Shown here one piece after another: positions 18,455 to 26,328 of a stretch of 45,985 nt of DNA (position 1 is the stretch's first letter; each line of letters opens with the position of its first letter). The position numbers and the translations under genes were made by a program. This DNA comes from Thiotrichales bacterium (GTDB lineage: Bacteria; Pseudomonadota; Gammaproteobacteria; CAZUMV01): positions 1 to 45,985 of the forward strand of contig DTYI01000107.1 of assembly GCA_012961935.1 (NCBI GenBank). The letters run 5' to 3'. The notes under the pieces are model-generated. The model saw only the letters and a list, made by a program, of their open reading frames with translations, did not search any database and had not been told where the DNA came from.

Positions 18455-19975
18455 TCAGCCACGGCTACGCAGTATTTCTCTGGGTTTTATGCCAGCCAGC
18501 CAGAGTGTTGACAGGTAGATGACCGCCGCCAAAATAATCAGCCCGACGAGGGTCAGCCCGCGCTGGCTGGCTCCCCAGCCTTGCCAGACAGATAATTCAG
18601 GTGTTAACCACCAGAGCGCAAGCCCCATCAGCAGCAGTCCGGCGGCAATTTGCAAAGACAGTTTTTTCCAGCCTGCGCCCGGCTGGTAAATGCTGGAGCG
18701 GCGTAAATGTCGCAGCAGGAGTTGAGCATTGACATGGGCGGCGATGGCGGTGGAAAGCGCCAGCACTGCATGTCCGGCGGGCCATTTGAAAATAATCCAG
18801 GGCACGACCACCAGCACGTTGAGTAACAGATTGACACCCATGGCAATCAGGCCGATACGAACCGGCGTGCGCGTGTCCTGGCGTGAGAAAAAGCCGGGTG
18901 CGAGCACTTTGATCGCGACAAAAGCGGGCAGGCCAAGTGAATAGGCCGCGAGGCTGATCGCTGCCATTTGCGTGTCGTGCGCGGTGAAGGCTTTGTATTG
19001 CAGGAGCGTGGCGAGGATCGGCCCGGCCAGAAAAATTAATCCCAGCATGGCGGGCAAGGCGACAATCGCGCCAACGCGCAAACCCCAGTCCAGCGTATGT
19101 GAAAAATCCTTGCTCGAACCGTTACTGTGTTGCGAGGAAAGTTGCGGCAGAATGACCGTGCCGATGGCAACGCCGAATAAGGCAAGTGGCAATTCGACAA
19201 AGCGGTCTGAAAAATACAGCCAGCTGATGCTGCCGGCCACCAGAAAGGAGGCGATGATGGTGTTGATGAGCAGGTTGATTTGTGCCACCGATGAGCCGAA
19301 CAGGGCGGGCAACATCAGCTTGAGAACTTTTTTCACGCCGGGGTGATCGCGGTTCAAACGCAGACGTGGAATCAGGCCGAGCTTTTTTAAGGCAGGGAGT
19401 TGGAATAACAACTGCACAATACCCGCGATAAATACGCCCCAGGCCAGCGCTGTAACCGGGTTTTCCATTCGAGGTGCCAGCCAGAGTGCAGCGGCAATCA
19501 GCGCCAGGTTGAGGAAAACGGGCGTAAAGGCAGGCACGGCAAATTTGCCGAAGCTGTTGAGAATGCCTGCGGCCAGTGCCGTGAGAGATATAAATAAAAC
19601 ATACGGGAAGGTCAGCCGCAGCATCTGGGTGGCGAGTTGCTGGCGGTCAGGTTCGTCCGCAAAACCGGGTGCAAAAATCAGGATCAAAATCGGCGCGGCC
19701 AGGACGCCAACCACCGTGATGACAGCGAGTATCAGGCTGAGTGACCCGGCTACGTGATCCACCAGATCCTTGACCTCTGCGTGTTCACCTTTTTCACGCT
19801 GCTCGGTGAATACGGGTACAAAAGCCTGCGAGAACGCGCCCTCGGCAAACATCCGCCGCAGCATGTTGGGAATGCGGAAGGCGACAAAAAAAGCATCTGT
19901 CGCGCCGGTCGCGCCGAAGCTGACGGCAATCACCATGTCGCGCACATAGCCGAGCAAACGTGAAATCATCGTCAT
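18455..19975 (-). CDS. murJ: Lipid II flippase MurJ (MviN)
   Basis: 506 aa from the first ATG, polytopic, with RMFAEGAFSQAFVPV. Conserved N-terminal residues continue in frame upstream to 20020 without a canonical start codon (see findings). Confidence 0.9.
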   Translation of the reverse strand: MTMISRLLGYVRDMVIAVSFGATGATDAFFVAFRIPNMLRRMFAEGAFSQAFVPVFTEQREKGEHAEVKDLVDHVAGSLSLILAVITVVGVLAAPILILIFAPGFADEPDRQQLATQMLRLTFPYVLFISLTALAAGILNSFGKFAVPAFTPVFLNLALIAAALWLAPRMENPVTALAWGVFIAGIVQLLFQLPALKKLGLIPRLRLNRDHPGVKKVLKLMLPALFGSSVAQINLLINTIIASFLVAGSISWLYFSDRFVELPLALFGVAIGTVILPQLSSQHSNGSSKDFSHTLDWGLRVGAIVALPAMLGLIFLAGPILATLLQYKAFTAHDTQMAAISLAAYSLGLPAFVAIKVLAPGFFSRQDTRTPVRIGLIAMGVNLLLNVLVVVPWIIFKWPAGHAVLALSTAIAAHVNAQLLLRHLRRSSIYQPGAGWKKLSLQIAAGLLLMGLALWWLTPELSVWQGWGASQRGLTLVGLIILAAVIYLSTLWLAGIKPREILRSRG

Positions 19976-20045
19976 GCTGCTGACAACCGCAGTGGACTGG
20001 AGGAGTTTTCTGCTCAGAATCTTTGCCTTTTATTGTTTGAAACGC

Positions 20046-20074
20046 TTGACCGTGTTGTTGTAAATACCTAGCAT
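20046..20074 (+). promoter_or_regulatory. Candidate sigma70 promoter for ispB (TTGACC-17 nt-TAGCAT)
   Basis: The -35 box TTGACC is at 20046-20051 and the -10 box TAGCAT at 20069-20074. The -10 box ends 6 nt before the ispB ATG. This is a pattern match by eye only. Confidence 0.3.
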
Positions 20075-20080
20075 GCCGCG

Positions 20081-21049
20081 ATGAGCTCTAAACCACTCTT
20101 TAACGAGATGGCCGCTGACATGCAGGCTGTTGACCAGTTGATTATCAAGCGCCTGCAGTCAGATGTCGTGCTGATTAACCAGATGGGGCATTATATCGTT
20201 AATAGCGGTGGAAAGCGCTTGCGGCCGATGCTGGTGCTGCTTTCGGCCGGTGCTTACGATGCGCTGGATGCACGCGCCCATCTTGTTGCCGCGATCATCG
20301 AGTTTATCCACACGGCAACTTTGTTGCACGATGATGTTGTCGATGAGTCACGCATGCGCCGCGGAAAAGAAACGGCGAACGAACTCTGGGGCAATGAAGC
20401 GAGCGTCCTGGTGGGTGATTTTCTATACTCCCGCGCTTTTGAAATGATGGTCGAAGTCGGCGATATGCCGGTCATGGATATTCTTTCGCACACGACCAAT
20501 ACCATCGCCGAAGGTGAAGTCATGCAGCTGATGAATGTCCATGATGCAGACACAACTGAGCAGCGCTACCTGGACGTCATCCGTTCAAAAACCGCCAAGT
20601 TGTTTGAAGCGGCGACGCGACTTGGCGCCGTTCTGGGCGGGCGGTCACGGGCTGAGGAACAGGCGCTGGCAGCGTATGGCATGCACCTGGGTACCGCGTT
20701 TCAGCTCATTGATGACGTGCTTGATTATGAAGCCAGCGAAGAAACACTGGGCAAGCAATTAGGCGACGACCTGGCTGAAGGTAAACCCACCTTGCCACTG
20801 ATTTACGCCATGCGCAATGGTAGTGGCATGCAGGCTAAATTAATTCGTCGGGCGATAGAAGAAGGCGGCCGTGATTTAATTAATGAAGTAATCGATGCGA
20901 TCAACGACACCGGCGCAATGGACTACACGCGAGAAATGGCGCAACAGGAAGCCGGTCGGGCGATTCGTCAACTGGAAGGCCTGCCTTTTTCGCCGTATAA
21001 ACAAATGATGATTCAATTGGCCGAGCTATCGGTAAAGCGTGATCACTAG
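20081..21049 (+). CDS. ispB: Octaprenyl diphosphate synthase (polyprenyl synthetase)
   Basis: 322 aa with both aspartate-rich motifs (LLHDDVVDES and FQLIDDVLDY). The N-terminus is collinear with E. coli IspB as I recall it. Confidence 0.9.
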   Translation: MSSKPLFNEMAADMQAVDQLIIKRLQSDVVLINQMGHYIVNSGGKRLRPMLVLLSAGAYDALDARAHLVAAIIEFIHTATLLHDDVVDESRMRRGKETANELWGNEASVLVGDFLYSRAFEMMVEVGDMPVMDILSHTTNTIAEGEVMQLMNVHDADTTEQRYLDVIRSKTAKLFEAATRLGAVLGGRSRAEEQALAAYGMHLGTAFQLIDDVLDYEASEETLGKQLGDDLAEGKPTLPLIYAMRNGSGMQAKLIRRAIEEGGRDLINEVIDAINDTGAMDYTREMAQQEAGRAIRQLEGLPFSPYKQMMIQLAELSVKRDH

Positions 21050-21118
21050 GGAAGCTGATTTCCTAGACATTTACATATTAACCCGCGAAAATAACCAGCC
21101 CTTCATATCAGGGAAAAT

Positions 21119-21195
21119 CGGAGTGTAGCTCAGCCTGGTAGAGCACTGCCTTCGGGAGGCAGGGGTCGGAGGTTCGAATCCTCTCACTCCGACCA
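21119..21195 (+). tRNA. tRNA-Pro (anticodon CGG)
   Basis: A manually folded cloverleaf: 7-bp acceptor cggagtg/cactccg, anticodon stem ctgcc/ggcag with loop ttCGGga, T-arm ggagg-ttcgaat-cctct, and an encoded CCA. It closely resembles E. coli proK as recalled. Confidence 0.95.
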
Positions 21196-21205
21196 ATTAA
21201 TATCT

Positions 21206-21661
21206 GTGAAATTAAAACAGCTTTTTAGAATTTTATTTTTTTCGACAGGCATGGTTTTGGTTGCTTGTCGAAGCGAAGCAATCCAGCCGTTTTCCAGTGA
21301 TGGCTGTAGCCTGTTCCCAGATAAAAACCCAATCGAGAAAAAGTCGTGGTGTGAGTGCTGTGTGCAACACGATATAACTTACTGGCAGGGTGGAACCAGT
21401 GAGCAACGTAATCTTGCCGACCTCGCATTAAAGACCTGCGTGTTAGAAAAGACGCAGGATATTGCGCTGGCAAATATGATGTTTGATGGCGTCCGGTTTG
21501 GCGGTTCGCCCATTTTTCCGAACTGGTATCGCTGGGGTTATGGCTGGGATTACGGCCGTGGTTATAAAGCGCTGAATAAAAAGGAACGACTGGATGTGAA
21601 GAAAAAGCTAAGTTTATATTATAGCCAGCAACCAGAAAATATTTGTAACGAAGATGAGTAA
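21206..21661 (+). CDS. Lipoprotein with a prokaryotic phospholipase-A2-like motif
   Basis: 151 aa with a GTG start. Lipobox LVAC. SDGCSLFPD...CCVQHDITYW parallels the DLCSxAPD...CxxHDxxY pattern of the Streptomyces-type secreted PLA2 family (recalled). Confidence 0.5.
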   Translation: MKLKQLFRILFFSTGMVLVACRSEAIQPFSSDGCSLFPDKNPIEKKSWCECCVQHDITYWQGGTSEQRNLADLALKTCVLEKTQDIALANMMFDGVRFGGSPIFPNWYRWGYGWDYGRGYKALNKKERLDVKKKLSLYYSQQPENICNEDE

Positions 21662-22286
21662 GTATTCAGATACAGTGCTTTATTATGTGCATGACCCAAT
21701 GTGCAGCTGGTGCTGGGGGTTTAATTCAACGCGCCAGACGTTGTTTAAAAATCTGCCAGATAATATAGAAATTAAATGGTTACTTGGTGGCCTGGCGCCG
21801 GATTCAGACCAGCCTATGCCTGAGGAAATGCGTACGTATCTGCAAAACACCTGGCGGAAAATTCAGCAGCGTATTCCCGGCACAAAATTTAATTTTGATT
21901 TCTGGGAAAAATGCAAACCCAGGCGTTCAACTTATCCCGCCTGCCGTGCAGTGATTGCGGCAAGAGAGCAGGGGAGTGAATTCAATTTATTGATGATACA
22001 GGCAATCCAGAAAGCCTATTACACACATGCAAGCAACCCTTCTGATAACAATACTTTAATTGCGCTTGCCGATAAAATTGGTCTGGATATTGCTCGCTTC
22101 GAAAAAGATTTGCTTGCTGAAAGTACGCAACAGAAATTATTGTCGGAAATAAAACAATGCAAAAAATTAGGCGTAGAAAATTTTCCGGCGCTTATATTGA
22201 TAGCAGGAAATAGAAAATGGAGAGTGCCAGTAGACTATAATAATAGTCAGGTTATGCTGGACGTGATAACTGACATGCTGGATTAA
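21654..22286 (+). CDS. DsbA-family thioredoxin-fold protein (CSWC active site, no signal peptide)
   Basis: 210 aa. VLYYVHDPMCSWCWGF is typical of the cytoplasmic DsbA/FrnE-like family. Its start overlaps the upstream gene by 8 nt. Confidence 0.8.
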   Translation: MSKYSDTVLYYVHDPMCSWCWGFNSTRQTLFKNLPDNIEIKWLLGGLAPDSDQPMPEEMRTYLQNTWRKIQQRIPGTKFNFDFWEKCKPRRSTYPACRAVIAAREQGSEFNLLMIQAIQKAYYTHASNPSDNNTLIALADKIGLDIARFEKDLLAESTQQKLLSEIKQCKKLGVENFPALILIAGNRKWRVPVDYNNSQVMLDVITDMLD

Positions 22287-22448
22287 GGAATCTCTGATCA
22301 ATTCATGAATGAGCATCTTGCTGCTAAAATTTCCGGGTACTGCGTTGCGAATCTTCGCAATAGCCTGCTATTACGTGCGATTCGACGCCTTGTCCCCGAA
22401 AATTTTAGCAGTAACCTGCTTCATCCAGAATTAATCAGAGGTTCCTTA
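22285..22448. repeat. Long-hairpin (MITE-like) intergenic element
   Basis: The ends aaggaatctctgatcaattc and gaattaatcagaggttcctt are inverted repeats (18/20). The arms continue to pair inward (gctgctaaaatttccggg / ccccgaaaattttagcag). Length is about 164 nt, abutting the DsbA-like stop. Confidence 0.7.
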
Positions 22449-22951
22449 ATTATTTATTAATATTAGTAAGAACTGACGAAATACCTTGTAACTGAGTGCC
22501 AGAATGTATGTGACTTAATTACATCGGCTACTTCGTTATGGATAATGTACATCCTGATATGCTACATCGTCATCATCAGAACTGATGAGAAAATGGATTA
22601 GGGTGTTTTGGGTGTAGGCGGGTTGCCCTAATGTCGCTGCAATGTGTTTATCGAGTTCACGAATCATTTGTCTCAGCGCTATAATTTGGGCAATGTCCTG
22701 TTGCAGCATGGAAGAACTGAAGCTGGCCTTTTTTTGTTACTGCATGATGATGGCTGTGTACTTCTGGCCGACCTGCTTGATGTATCTGCATGCTTCAGAT
22801 CATGCAGAGGCCGCAAGTTATTTTAGAGGCACCCTAAAGTCAAATCACACTCCATCGAACATGACAGCAGCTAATGACATCTTATTCCCGTTGCCGGTTT
22901 TTAGTATTCTCGCATTCGCCTGACATTCCGTGAATTCATGAAACATCCGGG

Positions 22952-24712
22952 TTAAAACAACTTTATTATTTTTTCGATATATTTATCTTTAACTTCACTT
23001 ATACCCAGCACGACAAGCTGTTTTGGTGTTAATTGCAAAGTCTTCAGTAATGCGATTGACTCAAGTAGCCCGACTTCATGGCTGCTGATCTGATTCGACT
23101 TCGATATCAACTCAGTGGCATCAAGGCAAATAAATGGTGGGTCTGCATTTGTTGGTTTTATTGCATCAACTATAAGCACAGAATCATAAGGTCTAATGTT
23201 TTTAGCCAGGTTTGTGCCGGGGCGATCCAGTTTAAGCAGACTCAAGCCTTTGTTTTTGAGCGATATAATTGTTCTGTTTTGCAGTAATTGATCAACCATT
23301 TGCCAACCCGCTTTATCGTCTTGCTGTGGTGAGCCAATGCCGATAATGGCGGTGCGGGATAAATCAACATGGTGAAATGTTTGTATTGTTTGTTTGTCTT
23401 TATTTTGCTCAATCACACCATCACGAATCAATTTTAAATTCAGAAAATGGGTGGCGCAGGAAATACACGGATCATAATTACGAATGACTTTTTCAGCGTG
23501 CAGCTGCAACTGTTGTTTTGTTTTATCAAGACCAAAGTTAATCAGTGAGTCTTTTAAATCCTGCTCAATACGCGGCTGGTTCTGGCTGGTTGGTGGCACG
23601 ATGATGGCATTTTTAACACAGCCTTTTTCATCCATTTCATAACGATGCCATAAGATGCCACGCGGCGCTTCGCTGCAACCGTAACCGGTGCCGGCTTTAA
23701 CTTCAAATTCCATGCAGGGCTGATCCGTTGTTTCATAGTTCGTCAACAGTGTTTCGGCTTCCAGGATGGCAAAATAGATTTCAAGCGTACGCGCAATAAT
23801 GCTATGAAACATATTTTTTGATGGGAACCGGGCTTTCAAGCCTTGCATGAGCTGTTGTACTGCTTCGGGTAACTGCGCTTTATTCAGGTTAACCCGCGCC
23901 AGTGGCCCCACCAGATAGGGTTTGCCATCTAACAGACAATGCAACGCAGTACTGTGATCCACATGCATTTCCCTAAAATGATGTTCAAATTTATTGATGT
24001 TTATATCGAGGCCGCCGTCGCTTATCAAACGGCCTTCATTGAAGGGGTATTCCTGTTCATGGTGCAAGGCAACGCTAACAAATTCCTGATTGTCTTCTGG
24101 TAAATCCAGCGTATCCAGCCAATGAATTAAATCGACCGCATCACGTTTTGCCGCTGTTACCCGTTGCAGTAATTCAGCCGCGGCTTTTTTATCCGGAGCC
24201 TGGCTAAAACCGCCAATTTTTGCCCCGACCGGGTGTACCGAACGCGCTCCAAACAATGCCACCAGATCATTTCCCAGTGCTTGCAGTTTTAATCCGCGGC
24301 GAACTTCAGCATCATATTGTTGCGCCATTTCGATGGCGCTGTTAAAGCCCAGAAAATCAGGCGCGGCCAGTAAATGTATATGCAGGCTATGGCTTTGCAA
24401 CCATTCACCACAATAAAACAACCGCCGCATGGTGCGAATCCAGGGGTTAATCGTCACCCCGAATATTGACTCAATCGCCTGGGTGGCACTCATTTGATAA
24501 GCAACCGGGCAAATGCCACATATACGCGCTACCGTATCCAGCACGTCATAATGATTTCTACCTTCCAGCAGTTTTTCAAAGTATCGCGGTGGTTCATAAA
24601 TACGCAGTTTCAGCTCTGTGATCTGTTGATTTGTTATGCTCAGATCAAGTGCGCCTTCGCCCTCGACGCGTGCCAGTACCGGGACATTGATGTTGATGGT
24701 TTCTGTCGGCAT
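22952..24712 (-). CDS. [NiFe]-hydrogenase large (alpha) subunit, group 3b-like, fused to a C-terminal maturation endopeptidase domain
   Basis: 586 aa. N-terminal RVEGEG and RICGIC (Cys65/Cys68). The C-terminal Ni-site motif DPCISCATH ends at His422 (nt 23447-23473). It is followed in frame by 164 aa containing IIGIGSPQQDDKAG, LIVDA and SSHEVG. Confidence 0.9.
   Translation of the reverse strand: MPTETININVPVLARVEGEGALDLSITNQQITELKLRIYEPPRYFEKLLEGRNHYDVLDTVARICGICPVAYQMSATQAIESIFGVTINPWIRTMRRLFYCGEWLQSHSLHIHLLAAPDFLGFNSAIEMAQQYDAEVRRGLKLQALGNDLVALFGARSVHPVGAKIGGFSQAPDKKAAAELLQRVTAAKRDAVDLIHWLDTLDLPEDNQEFVSVALHHEQEYPFNEGRLISDGGLDININKFEHHFREMHVDHSTALHCLLDGKPYLVGPLARVNLNKAQLPEAVQQLMQGLKARFPSKNMFHSIIARTLEIYFAILEAETLLTNYETTDQPCMEFEVKAGTGYGCSEAPRGILWHRYEMDEKGCVKNAIIVPPTSQNQPRIEQDLKDSLINFGLDKTKQQLQLHAEKVIRNYDPCISCATHFLNLKLIRDGVIEQNKDKQTIQTFHHVDLSRTAIIGIGSPQQDDKAGWQMVDQLLQNRTIISLKNKGLSLLKLDRPGTNLAKNIRPYDSVLIVDAIKPTNADPPFICLDATELISKSNQISSHEVGLLESIALLKTLQLTPKQLVVLGISEVKDKYIEKIIKLF
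22955..23356 (-). other. HybD/HycI/HoxW-like hydrogenase maturation endopeptidase domain (part of the large-subunit ORF)
   Basis: Residues about 453-586: RTAIIGIGSPQQDDKAGWQMVDQL...YDSVLIVDAIKP...SSHEVGLLESIALLKTL...LVVLGISE. The acidic, Asp and His positions are spaced as in the Ni-dependent endopeptidases. There is no in-frame ATG/GTG/TTG between the DPCxxCxxH motif and this domain. Confidence 0.7.
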
Positions 24713-24714
24713 AA

Positions 24715-25485
24715 TCAGGTTTCCCAGCGCTGTACTTGCTGATGCAATTGTTCAGCACCACTATTGATAAACAAGAATCGTCGCGCCACTTCATCCTTGA
24801 TTAATCCCAGCCCCTCTAACCTGTTCGCCATTGCCTGCGTATTCACATTTTCTGCCGGGCCATAACAGCCATAACAATCTCGCCCGACACGGGGACAAAG
24901 CGCACCACAACCAGTGCGTGTCACCGGCCCCATGCAGGCTTCATTTTTTGTCACCATGACACAAACCGTTTGCTGGCGTTTGCACTCCATGCAAACCTTA
25001 TCGTGTTCCTCGACCGGCATAACACCAAATAACAGGGCGCGTATTGCCATCAGTAGCTGCCGCTGGCTAATCGGACATCCCCATAATTCCAGATCAACTT
25101 TGACGTGGTTTTTGATTGGCGTACTGTTATCCAGACTATCAATGACCGCTGGATTAGCATAAATATCAGCGATCCATTGACTGGTCTTTGCCATGTTACG
25201 CAGTGCCTGTATACCGCCAGATGTTGCACAGGCTCCAACCGTCATCAGGTAGCTGCTGTTGTCGCGAATTTTCTGTAAGCGTGTTACGTCTTCTGAAGTG
25301 GAGACACTGCCTTCAATAATGGCGATGTCAACCGTTGCATTTTCATCGAGTGCGCCCGCTTCAGCAAAATGGGTGATTTCGACCAACTGACTCAATATCA
25401 GCAGGGATTCACCCAGATTAATGATTGCCAGTTGGCAACCGTCACAGGAGCTGAATTTGTGTACGGCAATCTTTGGCTTGTTCAT
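24715..25485 (-). CDS. [NiFe]-hydrogenase small (delta) subunit, group 3b-like
   Basis: 256 aa. KIAVHKFSSCDGCQ...GACATSGG...WGCP plus a C-terminal Cys-rich FeS region, typical of cytosolic group 3 small subunits. Confidence 0.9.
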   Translation of the reverse strand: MNKPKIAVHKFSSCDGCQLAIINLGESLLILSQLVEITHFAEAGALDENATVDIAIIEGSVSTSEDVTRLQKIRDNSSYLMTVGACATSGGIQALRNMAKTSQWIADIYANPAVIDSLDNSTPIKNHVKVDLELWGCPISQRQLLMAIRALLFGVMPVEEHDKVCMECKRQQTVCVMVTKNEACMGPVTRTGCGALCPRVGRDCYGCYGPAENVNTQAMANRLEGLGLIKDEVARRFLFINSGAEQLHQQVQRWET

Positions 25486-25487
25486 GT

Positions 25488-26318
25488 TTAAAATCCCTTA
25501 ACTGCAAACAGATCGCGGATCTTGTCATAGCTGAATACCGGGCCGTCTTTACAGACAAACTTGTCACCGTACTGACAATGACCACAATGCCCTATAGCGC
25601 ACTGCATATTTCTTTCCATCGACAGAAACATCTGCTCCGGCAACACCTGTTTTTCCAACATGTGGTCACAGGTAGCACGTATCATACCTTCGGGGCCACA
25701 CATCATCACGCAGACATTTTGCGGATCAAATTCGAGTTGATCGAAAAGCACAGTGACCGGCCCGATGTGCCACGGCCACAGTTCTGCACCGACATCGGCA
25801 GCCAGCAGTACTTTAGTGTCCGGCAGTTCGCGCCATTGGTCATAACGGTCTTTCCAGATAAAATCATCACTGTGTTTAACACCCTGCACAATATTCAGCC
25901 GACCAAACTGCGCACGCCGCTGCTGGATATAATTAATTGCCGAAACCACCGGCGCACACCCCAGGCCACCGGTGATTAGTACCACATCTTTTTGTCTGGC
26001 TTCCTGCATCGGCCAGCCACGACCATAAGGACCGCGCAAACCGATGCGATCACCTTTTTTGAGCTTATTCATACCCCGGGTTACTCGACCAAGTACGCGA
26101 ATGGTGTGGTCGATAATGTTACCGTCCTCAGGATCAGACACAATCGAAATAGCAATCTCACCGACACCGTATAAATACAACATATTAAACTGACCGGGTT
26201 CGAACTTATAACGATGTTGAATCTCCGGTTCGGTAAATTCTAATCGCAGGGTGAACAGTTCGGGGGCTTCCTGTATGCGCTCAATGATGAGTGCTTCATG
26301 CGGCAGGTAAGGGTTCAT
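25488..26318 (-). CDS. Hydrogenase gamma subunit (FAD/NAD(P)-binding oxidoreductase with a C-terminal 2Fe-2S motif)
   Basis: 276 aa from the ATG at 26318 (MNPYLPHEALIIERIQE...). It has a ferredoxin-reductase-type fold and CAIGHCGHCQYGDKFVCKDGPVF. The track ORF start at 26438 would overlap the beta subunit by 110 nt. A GTG at 26327 is an alternative start. Confidence 0.85.
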   Translation of the reverse strand: MNPYLPHEALIIERIQEAPELFTLRLEFTEPEIQHRYKFEPGQFNMLYLYGVGEIAISIVSDPEDGNIIDHTIRVLGRVTRGMNKLKKGDRIGLRGPYGRGWPMQEARQKDVVLITGGLGCAPVVSAINYIQQRRAQFGRLNIVQGVKHSDDFIWKDRYDQWRELPDTKVLLAADVGAELWPWHIGPVTVLFDQLEFDPQNVCVMMCGPEGMIRATCDHMLEKQVLPEQMFLSMERNMQCAIGHCGHCQYGDKFVCKDGPVFSYDKIRDLFAVKGF

Positions 26319-26328
26319 GTCAAACACA

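Noticed and set aside
21119-22450. A classic tRNA-integrated genomic island with an integrase and att repeats.
   Set aside because: There is no integrase or recombinase ORF. I could not find a direct repeat of the tRNA-Pro 3' end downstream. I kept only the weaker accessory-segment finding.
22642-22923. Plus-strand ORFs 22642-22923 (93 aa) and 22644-22826 (60 aa) in the gap after the hydrogenase operon.
   Set aside because: Their composition is Cys-, Met- and Ser-rich. There is no RBS, no motif and no sensible domain. They are more likely chance ORFs in decayed or non-coding DNA.
23447-23473. A [NiFeSe]-type selenocysteine (in-frame TGA) in the large-subunit C-terminal motif.
   Set aside because: The motif is encoded as DPCISCATH with ordinary Cys codons (tgt and tgc). 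There is no in-frame TGA.
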